Positions 27,196 to 36,100 of a DNA stretch of 64,000 nucleotides are shown here, one piece after another (the first letter of the stretch is position 1; each line of letters starts with the position of its first letter). The DNA is from Planctomycetaceae bacterium. GTDB taxonomy: Bacteria; Planctomycetota; Planctomycetia; Planctomycetales; Planctomycetaceae. The position numbers were made by a program, and so were the translations under genes. The DNA is taken from contig JAKFWC010000024.1 of assembly GCA_021732975.1 (NCBI GenBank), positions 247,634 to 311,633 on the forward strand. Direction: 5' to 3'. The notes under the pieces are model-generated. The model saw only the letters and a program-made list of their open reading frames with translations. It was not told the DNA's origin and ran no database searches.

Positions 27196-29523
27196 TCATG
27201 GTACCACCGTTTGAGTTGACGGATGTCGTCGAATCCACATGAAACCGATGGCCACCAACACCATGGTCACAGTGATCGCGCCCGCTAGTCCTCCCCACGT
27301 GGCAGCGGCACCGACGACAAGCAGACCGGCGAGAACCAGTAATCCGGCGGTCCGATTCCAAGCGAAAAACGGCTCGATGATCAATAATAGCAGTACGCCC
27401 GCCAAGACCCAGCGGGCTCCCCATGCAGCCGCGGTATCCTGGCCCGGTCCCCAGCTTTCGCGCGTGGCCGCCGATTCCGGCGTGTAGAGTTCGGCATCTA
27501 AACCGCGCAACAGTTCATCGCGGAGTTCGCCCGGACTGAGAGGCGCAAGATCGCTTTCACGCGGATCAACGTTCACGGCAAACCACTGCGGCCGGGAAGA
27601 ACCATTGGATTCCACAGCGTAAAACCCCGGCCGTCGTGGCCCATCCCAACTCACGCTGGTGCCGTTGGCTTGCGGTCGCAGGGTGACGGAATCGCCTTCG
27701 CCGCCGAGTCGCCGAATCGTCACACGGTCGTCACTGCGCTGCGGTTCGACGCGCGCGGTCAACGTCTGGCCCACCGTCAGGGTGCGCTCGGCCGCTTTCA
27801 ATGATGTGAAGTAGCGCAGCGTTTCCTGCATCATCGGTACGAAACTGTGTCCCCACAGTGGCCAGGCACTCCAGCGCCGATCGAGTGATGTCGTTGCGAG
27901 CATCACCCGGCCATCGCGATACGGGGCTTCAATCAATGCGGGATCACCGGTGTCGTACTTCAGAACAATCCGGCTGCGCTCCGGGGCCGGGGTCGCTTTG
28001 AGATAGGCGAATGTCTGCGTCAATTCAAAGCCGGTGTTGGGATTCCCGCGGAACGGTTGTAGGATCGGGTGTTGAAATTCCAGTGGATCGAAAACAAAGC
28101 GCTGTTGCCGTTGCTCGGCGTCACCGATGACATCGCCCAATCGCGCGGGGAGCAAGTCTCGTCCGTCACGGTACAAAACCGCGTTGTAGTTTTCGGGTTT
28201 TACGCTATGCCCGACACCGATGAAGAGGGCTCCGCCTTGGCCGACGTACTGTCGCAACACTTCCGCATCGCGATCAGTGAACCGCGGGACATCGCAGAGA
28301 AAGACGGTAGCAAAGCGCGATAAATCGGTCCCCAGCAGTTCGCCATCACTAATGACGGACACTTCCACACCGCCGGTGGCGAGATCATTTTCTGCTGTTG
28401 GAGGAACGAGCGCCAGCCGCAACAGGTCGACAGCATTTTCAAAGGGTTGCGGTGACGGTCGGCCGTCCACCAACAATACCGGCAACGTAGCGGTGACCGG
28501 AATTACCAATCGACGACGGTCATCTTCAGGAAGACCATCCCCATCGAGTCGCGCTTCAATCCGCAGCATTCCCGCCGTGGTGGGAGTGACCGTGAACTCG
28601 CGCTGCAATTCTTCCCCGGGGGACAATTCCAGCGTTTCCGCACTGGAGACTCGGTCATCCACCAGCCAGCGCAATGCCCGTTTGACCGGCACATCGCTCC
28701 CGAACACCCGTAACGTCGCCGTTATCCGTATGGGTTGCTGCGGAAAAACGACGGTGGCCGAAGTCGTCATGGTGGTCACCGCCGCGTTGACGACCGGCGC
28801 ATCGGCAGCGTCATGCCAAACCACGCGCGCTTTCGTACCGAGTTGTTGCAGGACATCGCGCAGTTCTTCCTGTTGCTGCGGTTGCGGGGGCCGCCAGGTG
28901 GTTCGTTGAGAATCGGTGAAAATATGGACTTCGCGGACTTCGACCTCGGTCTCTTTCGCCAATAACGCTGAGGCTGCCCGGAGAGCATTCAGCACATCGG
29001 CTCGTTCCGCGGTCGCCGTGAGATTCCGCAGTTCTTCCGACACCGGGAGCGTTTGTCGCGCCGGTTCCGAGATCAACACCATTGGCGCGGTCCCCGCCAT
29101 CCGCACGAGTTGCCACAAGTCACCCGGTTGCGTCATCTGCAGCAACGCTTCGGCTTGCGCCCGTTGGCGTTCGAATCGTAACCCCTGTGCATCAGTCGCA
29201 GCGAGGCTGAGACTCGTGTCGACAATTAACACCCGTTGCGTGCGAACCGTGGTGGAAAGCTGCGTGGGTGCGGAGAACATCGGTCCGGCAAGGGCAATCG
29301 CGGCGGCAATGGGGATGAGCGTTCGCAACAGCAGCAACAGCCACTGATCGATCCGGAACGACCGCGATTGTTTTTGTGCGGCGACGACCAGAAACTGCAT
29401 CGCCGCCCAGCGGGTTTCCCGATACTTCCGCCGATAGAGCAAATGAATGAGCACCGGCACGGCAGCCAGCGCCACACCCCACAACAACCACGGAGAGGCG
29501 AACCCAAACGCCAGCACCGCCAC
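27196..29523 (-). CDS. BatA-N-domain membrane protein (aerotolerance-regulator N-terminal double-TM domain plus large extracytoplasmic region)
   Basis: The N-terminus FASPWLLWGVALAAVPVLIHLLYRRK...RWAAMQFL matches the BatA_N double-TM pattern. C-terminal TM helices are also present. Confidence 0.65.
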   Translation of the reverse strand: MAVLAFGFASPWLLWGVALAAVPVLIHLLYRRKYRETRWAAMQFLVVAAQKQSRSFRIDQWLLLLLRTLIPIAAAIALAGPMFSAPTQLSTTVRTQRVLIVDTSLSLAATDAQGLRFERQRAQAEALLQMTQPGDLWQLVRMAGTAPMVLISEPARQTLPVSEELRNLTATAERADVLNALRAASALLAKETEVEVREVHIFTDSQRTTWRPPQPQQQEELRDVLQQLGTKARVVWHDAADAPVVNAAVTTMTTSATVVFPQQPIRITATLRVFGSDVPVKRALRWLVDDRVSSAETLELSPGEELQREFTVTPTTAGMLRIEARLDGDGLPEDDRRRLVIPVTATLPVLLVDGRPSPQPFENAVDLLRLALVPPTAENDLATGGVEVSVISDGELLGTDLSRFATVFLCDVPRFTDRDAEVLRQYVGQGGALFIGVGHSVKPENYNAVLYRDGRDLLPARLGDVIGDAEQRQQRFVFDPLEFQHPILQPFRGNPNTGFELTQTFAYLKATPAPERSRIVLKYDTGDPALIEAPYRDGRVMLATTSLDRRWSAWPLWGHSFVPMMQETLRYFTSLKAAERTLTVGQTLTARVEPQRSDDRVTIRRLGGEGDSVTLRPQANGTSVSWDGPRRPGFYAVESNGSSRPQWFAVNVDPRESDLAPLSPGELRDELLRGLDAELYTPESAATRESWGPGQDTAAAWGARWVLAGVLLLLIIEPFFAWNRTAGLLVLAGLLVVGAAATWGGLAGAITVTMVLVAIGFMWIRRHPSTQTVVP

Positions 29524-29678
29524 GGAGCAGTCCTCGTCTCAGAGTGCACCCTTACCAGCCCGCAGCGCCAGCAAGGGAGAATTGCTCGATCACGAACTGC
29601 AATAGTAACATGCCACGAATCGAATCTCGCTCACCGACGAATGAATCGTTCACTCTGTAACAGTTGGATTCACCTCGC

Positions 29679-30311
29679 ATGCCAGTTTTGCCGGAGATTG
29701 TGCTCAGCAGTCGCAACGCCAAGAAGATTGGCGAGATTGCCGAATTGCTCGCACCGTTTGAGATTCCGGTCATCGGTGTGCAGGATTTTCCTGACGTTCC
29801 GGAGGTCGAGGAAGATGGCGATTCTTTCGCGGCCAACGCGGCCAAAAAAGCGTCGGCCGTCGCCACCCGGTTGAATCGCTGGGTGCTCGCGGAAGACAGC
29901 GGTTTGTGTGTGGATGCCCTCGGAGGTGCGCCGGGGATTCACTCCGCGCGGTATGCCGGCGAACAGGGCAAGGATGCGGCAAACAACGAGAAGTTGCTCG
30001 CCGCATTGGAAACCGTTCCCAATGAAAAGCGAACTGCATATTACGTCTGCTATGCGGTGCTGAGCGATCCGCAGGGGAACATTCGCCTGGAAAGCGAAGG
30101 TCGCTGTCACGGACGGATTCTGCGCGAATATCACGGCGAAAACGGCTTCGGTTACGATCCGCTGTTTCTCGTCCCCGAGTATCACCAAACCTTCGGCGAA
30201 CTGCCGGCCGCGGTGAAGCGCCACATCAGCCACCGCGCGAAAGCGTTTGAACGGTTGCTACCACAAATCGTGCGGTTGTTTGCGTCGCTTTCAAGCTCAC
30301 GGGCCCTTTGA
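29679..30311 (+). CDS. rdgB: Non-canonical purine NTP (dITP/XTP) pyrophosphatase
   Basis: Ham1 family pattern: IVLSSRNAKKIGEI, EEDGDSFAANAAKKA, EDSGLCVDALGGAPGIHSARY, FGYDPLF, SHRAKA. Confidence 0.9.
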   Translation: MPVLPEIVLSSRNAKKIGEIAELLAPFEIPVIGVQDFPDVPEVEEDGDSFAANAAKKASAVATRLNRWVLAEDSGLCVDALGGAPGIHSARYAGEQGKDAANNEKLLAALETVPNEKRTAYYVCYAVLSDPQGNIRLESEGRCHGRILREYHGENGFGYDPLFLVPEYHQTFGELPAAVKRHISHRAKAFERLLPQIVRLFASLSSSRAL

Positions 30312-30326
30312 TAGAGGCAAACTCCC

Positions 30327-30869
30327 TTGACGACAACGGCTCGGCTTTTCGTCGCTGTCGATTTGCCCGCGGCAATGTTGTCTGTGTTGAAAGTGATGCA
30401 ACCACCGCCGCAGCCGGGATTGCGACTGATTCCCACCGCCCAGATGCATCTCACATTGCATTTCCTGGGGGAGATGCCAGTCGAACCTGTTGTCGTGGCA
30501 CTGACCGGATTTGCCGGCTCAACATTTACACTGACAGTCGATGGCGTTGGATGTTTTCCCTCCGCCGCCCGCCCGTCGATTCTCTGGACGGGATTTCGTC
30601 AGAGTTTGGAGTTAACCAACTTGCATAAGGCTCTGGGTGCCGCACTGGCCACGACAGGATTTCAACCAGAATCGCGGTCGTATCATCCGCACATCACACT
30701 GGCCCGCTGTCGCCCGTTCCTTCGCCGCGATGTTGTCACGGCATTCTTGAACCAACAGGAACCATCTCCGCCAACCAGTTTCGCCGTCGACCACGTCTCG
30801 CTCTATTCCAGCACGCTCCGTCCTGACGGAGCGGAATACCGTGAAGAACTGCGTATCCCGCTGTCCTAA
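30327..30869 (+). CDS. thpR: RNA 2',3'-cyclic phosphodiesterase (2H family, LigT/ThpR)
   Basis: Two HxTx motifs (HLTLHF and HITLAR) and the typical N-terminus RLFVAVDLP. The start is TTG. Confidence 0.85.
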   Translation: MTTTARLFVAVDLPAAMLSVLKVMQPPPQPGLRLIPTAQMHLTLHFLGEMPVEPVVVALTGFAGSTFTLTVDGVGCFPSAARPSILWTGFRQSLELTNLHKALGAALATTGFQPESRSYHPHITLARCRPFLRRDVVTAFLNQQEPSPPTSFAVDHVSLYSSTLRPDGAEYREELRIPLS

Positions 30870-30961
30870 GCAACCTGCCCGGAAACCCGTCTTGCAGCAA
30901 ATTTTGCCGATCACTACAACCCGCGTCGTAAGCCTACCGATGCGGTTGAGGAGTCTGGCGG

Positions 30962-31705
30962 ATGTTGACGGTTTCCTGGTGGCGAAAGCGGTTGTACCCG
31001 CGGCCCGAAGCACACGATCCCCTCACTCACTTCCTCGCGCAGATGGAACGCGAAATCGGCCCGGATAAGACCGTGCTCGATATCGGTGCTGGAGCGGGCG
31101 AACTCAATGGTTACAGCTACCGCGGCCGTGTGAAGCGGATCGTCGGCGTCGATCTCGACCCGCGCGTCACCGAAAACCCGCTGCTGGACAAAGGTGTCGT
31201 CGGCAGTGCGTACGAATTGCCGTTCGCTGATGCGTCGTTTGATCTCGCGTTCTGCATCTACGTCCTGGAACACATCGACGATGCCCAGCGTTTCGTGAAG
31301 GAAGTCGGCCGCGTGCTGAAACCCGGTGGCGTCTTCCTGTGCCTCACGCCGAACAAATTTCATTATGTCCCGATGATTGCATCGATGACGCCGCACAGCT
31401 TCCACGAATGGTACAATCGCTGGCGCGGCCGGGCCGATGAAGACACGTTCCCGACATGCTATCGGCTCAACAGCCGGGGAGACATGCGCCGGCATTTCAC
31501 GAGCGCTGGATTCGACCAATGCGACATGCAGATGGTCGAAGCGCCGCCGAACTACCTGATGTTCTCGGTCCCGACGTTTCTCGCCGGGGCGGCATACGAA
31601 CGGGTGGTGGGGGGAAGTCGCTTGCTCCAAGACCTCCGAGTCAACATCATTGGACGATTCCAGAAGGCGCAATCCGACGTTGGGGCGGTACGGAAGGCGG
31701 CCTGA
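30962..31705 (+). CDS. Class I SAM-dependent methyltransferase
   Basis: Motif I VLDIGAGAGE, followed by VGVDLD and the motifs FDLAFCIYVLEHI and LKPGGVF. Confidence 0.8.
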   Translation: MLTVSWWRKRLYPRPEAHDPLTHFLAQMEREIGPDKTVLDIGAGAGELNGYSYRGRVKRIVGVDLDPRVTENPLLDKGVVGSAYELPFADASFDLAFCIYVLEHIDDAQRFVKEVGRVLKPGGVFLCLTPNKFHYVPMIASMTPHSFHEWYNRWRGRADEDTFPTCYRLNSRGDMRRHFTSAGFDQCDMQMVEAPPNYLMFSVPTFLAGAAYERVVGGSRLLQDLRVNIIGRFQKAQSDVGAVRKAA

Positions 31706-31743
31706 TTGCAGCGCCCCCGTATTGAATCAGCGAAAGCAGACGG

Positions 31744-32619
31744 ATGAGGATCTCGGAGTGTTACGCCGGCGGCCGGTTCGGGCTGTCGATTGAGATCTTC
31801 CCGCCAAAGACCGCCGATGGCGACGCAGCCCTGCGGCAAACCCTCACGGACTTGGCTCCGTATCAGCCCGATTTCATCTCGTGTACCTACGGCGCGGGCG
31901 GTTCCACCAGCAAGCGAACCGTCGAGTGGTGTCAGGAAATCCAGCAGACGCACGGCCGCACGGCGACCGCCCACTTCACCTGCGTGGGAAGTTCGCGCGA
32001 TCAGTTGCTGGAATGGCTGGAGTTCGCGCATGCTGCCGGCATCAACAACATTATGGCCCTCCGCGGCGATCCTCCCGCTGGTCAGACCGATTTCCAGCAG
32101 GCCGAAGGCGGACTGAAGTACGCCAACGAACTGGTCGCGCTGATCCGGTCCCACTTCCCGACGATGGGGATTGGTGTCGGTGGTTATCCGGAACGGCATC
32201 CGCAAGCGCCGTCGATGGAAGTCGATCTGCAGAATCTCAAACGGAAGATCGACGCCGGCGCGGACGGGGTCTTCACGCAGTTGTTCTACGACAACACGGC
32301 GTATTACCGCTTCCGCGAATCGTGCTGTCGGTTGGGGATCAACGTCCCGTTAGTACCGGGAATCATGCCGATCACCGAGTTTTCGCGCATCCAACGAATC
32401 GCGCAACTTTCGGGGGCGAGCATTCCCGCGGGACTCGCTTCTCGTTTGGAGGCCGTGAAGGACGACAAGCCCGCGCAGTTTGCCATCGGCGTGGAATTCG
32501 CGATCGCCCAGTGCCGCGAACTCATCGATCACGGAGTGCCGGGCCTGCATCTCTACGCGCTGAATAAGTCGCAGGCGTGCAAACAGATTCTCGATGCCCT
32601 CGGCATTGAACGCGGCTGA
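31744..32619 (+). CDS. metF: 5,10-methylenetetrahydrofolate reductase
   Basis: FSIEIFPPKT, SCTYGAGGST, NIMALRGDPP and GYPE.HP motifs are typical of MetF. Confidence 0.9.
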   Translation: MRISECYAGGRFGLSIEIFPPKTADGDAALRQTLTDLAPYQPDFISCTYGAGGSTSKRTVEWCQEIQQTHGRTATAHFTCVGSSRDQLLEWLEFAHAAGINNIMALRGDPPAGQTDFQQAEGGLKYANELVALIRSHFPTMGIGVGGYPERHPQAPSMEVDLQNLKRKIDAGADGVFTQLFYDNTAYYRFRESCCRLGINVPLVPGIMPITEFSRIQRIAQLSGASIPAGLASRLEAVKDDKPAQFAIGVEFAIAQCRELIDHGVPGLHLYALNKSQACKQILDALGIERG

Positions 32620-32621
32620 AG

Positions 32622-32643
32622 CCCAGGGTTTCTTAACCCTGGG
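32622..32643 (+). terminator. Rho-independent-type terminator hairpin after metF
   Basis: CCCAGGGTT-TCTT-AACCCTGGG is followed by T-rich TCTCTTCTTT and starts 3 nt after the metF stop. Confidence 0.6.
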
Positions 32644-32674
32644 TCTCTTCTTTACCCACCTACAAAACGAAGAA

Positions 32675-32696
32675 CCCACGGTTAAGAAACCGTGGG
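32675..32696 (-). terminator. Mirror terminator hairpin for the minus-strand 58-aa ORF
   Basis: The minus strand reads CCCACGGTT-TCTT-AACCGTGGG, followed by TTCTTCGTTTTGT. It lies 31 nt after the stop at 32727. Confidence 0.55.
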
Positions 32697-32726
32697 CTTC
32701 ATATGTATTCATCGATTACAAGGCGA

Positions 32727-32903
32727 TTACTTGGCGCCGTTCGCCTGCAACTGCGAAATGACTTCGGCTTGAGCCCGGAAACGGGCGGCGTGGAATTCCC
32801 ACGTCTTGCGCTTCGGTTCGCTACCGGCCACTTTCGCCAGACGTTTGTACTTATCCGCGAGTGCCAGCTTCACTTGTCGCTTGAGTTCGAGAGATTTGGC
32901 CAT
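32727..32903 (-). CDS. Small basic hypothetical protein (58 aa), not in the supplied ORF track
   Basis: My own translation of the minus strand is MAKSLELKRQVKLALADKYKRLAKVAGSEPKRKTWEFHAARFRAQAEVISQLQANGAK*. It has an ATG start, a TAA stop, GC-rich third positions and a terminator-like hairpin downstream. Confidence 0.5.
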   Translation of the reverse strand: MAKSLELKRQVKLALADKYKRLAKVAGSEPKRKTWEFHAARFRAQAEVISQLQANGAK

Positions 32904-33122
32904 GATGCCCTGAGATTTACGAGGACCGCGAAACTGTCTGCTGAACGATACCCCTCAGTGGGATCGATGAGTATAGACGGCAAGCCGCGGAAGAGCAAGT
33001 GATCGACAAAGCCGTTTGTCGCAAACGAGTTACAGCATCACTTCTGAAATACACCCGCGATGGTAAAGTCTCGCGTGCCACGACCGTGGTACACCTGCAC
33101 GTTGGAATCGAATCCTTTCTGA

Positions 33123-36100
33123 TCACACCAGCTGCCGCTGTTCAAATGCGGGTAGCAGCGAGCCGTCGACTACGTTCTCCACATCTTCCATGCGCGCCAC
33201 GAGTTGGCCGGCCTGATCGGTGAATTCGATGTCGGCACGAATGAGGTGGTCGGTCTTGTGGGTCACCTTCGCGGTAATTTGAACCCCGGCTGTCGGGAAG
33301 GACCGCCGGAATTGGCGATAGCGGCCGATCCCACACGGCAGGCAGGGAATCTCACTTTGCGACAGTGACCACACAATCAGCGCCTGCAAGGCCACATCAA
33401 CGGCTAACGGATCGGCGAGCCAGGCATTACGAATCGGCTCGCGCGACCACTCAGTGGGCGCAGGCGACGTGTGGCTCCAGGCGACAAACCCCTCTTCGGA
33501 AAGGGCGTCGATCCGTTCCAGACCGCGCAATCCAGGGCCGTGGAAGAGCTGCGGATAGAATCGGTCGAGCGCACACGGGGAGCCCTTCACGCTCAATTTC
33601 GACACATCCGCATCGGGCACGACGTTCCCCAGCCAGATATCCGCCACGGCGTGGATCACCGGATGGCCTTCTCGTGGTGACACTAGTTGTGCCGGAATGA
33701 GGAACCGCCCGCCAGCGCGCGTGGTGCGTCCGATCATCACTTGCAGCTTGACGACTTCGTCACCGTCGAGCCGGACCCCCTTAAAGATTTTCAGCCGGTC
33801 GAGGCCGAGGAATTCCAACCCCGGATGCCGATGCATCACCGCGTGGGCCAGCATCTCAGTGACGAGAGCGACGGGAACCACGGCTTTCCCGCCGAGGACG
33901 TGATCGGCGAGAATCGGGAATTTCGCGACGCTGATGTCACGCTCCCAGCCGACACGGGCATCGACTGCAATCCCCAGTTGGGGTTCGGGTGTTCCCGTTT
34001 CGGCGGGGATCGGCGTCCCGGCGGAAGTCAACGGTTTTGAACCCGGCCCCAATACAACCACTTCGACAGCGCCGGTCGCCGGTTGTTGCACATCGCGGGC
34101 AAACAGTTCGGCCCCGGCGTCGAGAGGGATCAGTCCCACGCCTTCTTTCGCGAAGAGCGCTTTCAAGCCGCCGTGCACCATGCCGCCATCCCACGGTCCC
34201 CAGTTGAACGAGACCACGCGGCAGCCCGGTTCGCGACGCTGAAACTGCTGGGCCAGTTTGTTGAGGACTTCATTGGCGATGGCGTAGTCAATCTGCCCAG
34301 TGCGGCCGTAACGGCCAGTGAAGGACGAGAAGAGGGCCAGCACCCGCAGCGATTCCGCGGAGACGGCTCCGAGCAGATTGCGTAACCCGACGACTTTCGT
34401 ATCGAACACCTTGTCGAACTGCTCGCGAGTTTTGTCTTCGATCTTTTGATCGGCGAGCACTCCCGCTCCGTGAATCAGTCCTCGCACCGGACCGTAATCG
34501 CGTTGCAATTGTTCGACCAGCCGGCAGACGGCGGTGATGTCGCGCACGTCGACGGCGTGATACTCGGCCGCCGCACCGGCTTTCTTCAGTTCTTGAAGCG
34601 TCTTCGAGACTTCGCGTTGAGCGAGAATCTGCTGACATTGTTGTTGCAAGTTCCGTGGCGAAGTCACCCCTGCATATTTCGCGAGACCCTGCTTGATCTC
34701 GATCTCAGCAGCAAGCGGTTTCAACCAATCGGGTTCGACCGCAGGCGGAGCACTGCGACCGAGCAACACCATCCGCAACTTTACCGCTTTGGCCAGAGCC
34801 AGCGCGGCGGCGGCGGTCACTCCCCGCGCTCCGCCGGTCACCAGGACGAGATCCCCCGCGGACAACGGCGTCGCCGTGACAGTCGGAACTGATGAGGCAA
34901 TCACATCGACCGTGGTGCGACCGTTAGGCGTCAAACCACATTCGAGCGGGCCTTGATGGAGCAGTTCTCGACAGAGTGCCGTCGCAGCCTCGGCGGGCGA
35001 CCAGTCGCCGCCGAGGTCGATCGCTTTGCATGTGATTTCCGGCCATTCGTGACGCACCGTTTTCGACAGCCCTGCGAGGCCCCCCGAGGCCGAGTCGATC
35101 AGCAAGCCTTCACCGAAGCCGCACGCTCCGTCGAGCCGACTGACGGTGGCCAATACCGCAGCTTGGCCGCGACGGGTCGTCTGATGCAACGCCGGGCCTG
35201 ACTTCTGCAACCATTCCAGTGCGTTCCACAACCGCTGATCGGACATCCCCCCGGCGGGCGAGAGAATCACCAATCCCGCGAGCGAACCATGGGGAGCATG
35301 AGCCGTCGGTTCATCGAAGTGCACAATTCGTGGTTTGAACCCCGCGGCCGTCAACTGCTTCGCCAACTGCAGCGACAGTTCCGTGCCATCGTCGGTAATC
35401 CAGAATTCACCGACGGTCGGCAGTGCGAGCCGTTCGCGCGGTTCATCCGTTAGCACGACCGCGCGGACTTCACCCCGGACCAGCTGCGCGGTGAGATCAG
35501 CGGTCTCGGTAATCGCCGCAGAGGGTTCGTACCCGGGGAGCGAAGCTACCACTGATCCACTGGCGGTCACCGTGGGCCGATTCGCCGTTGGCTCGGGTGG
35601 TGCGGATGCTTCCAACAGCGCGATCACGTCTGACAAACGATGCAGTGTCTGCAACTGCTCCGGTGTCACCGCAGGCAATTGTGGTAACTGCTCCTGCAGC
35701 GCGGAAAGAATCTCGACGCGCTTGATCGAATCGATACCCAGATCGTGATCGAGACTCATCTTCGGTTGCAGCATCTCAACGGGATACCCCGTCTTCGCGG
35801 CAACGACAGACAACACGATCGACGTCAATGAACCATTGGTATGAGCAGCGATAGGGGTGGCTGGGGCGGAAGCGCCCTCGCGACGCCCCAGATCAGGCGG
35901 CGATGTCGCTTCCAACAGCGCGATGACATCCGACAACCGATGCAGTGTCTGCAATTGCTCCGGCGTCACTGCAGGCAATTGCGGTAACTGCTCCTGCAGC
36001 GCGGAAAGAATCTCGACGCGCTTGATCGAATCGATACCCAGATCGTGATCGAGACTCATCTTCGGCTGCAGCATCTCGACGGGATAGCCCGTCTTTGACG

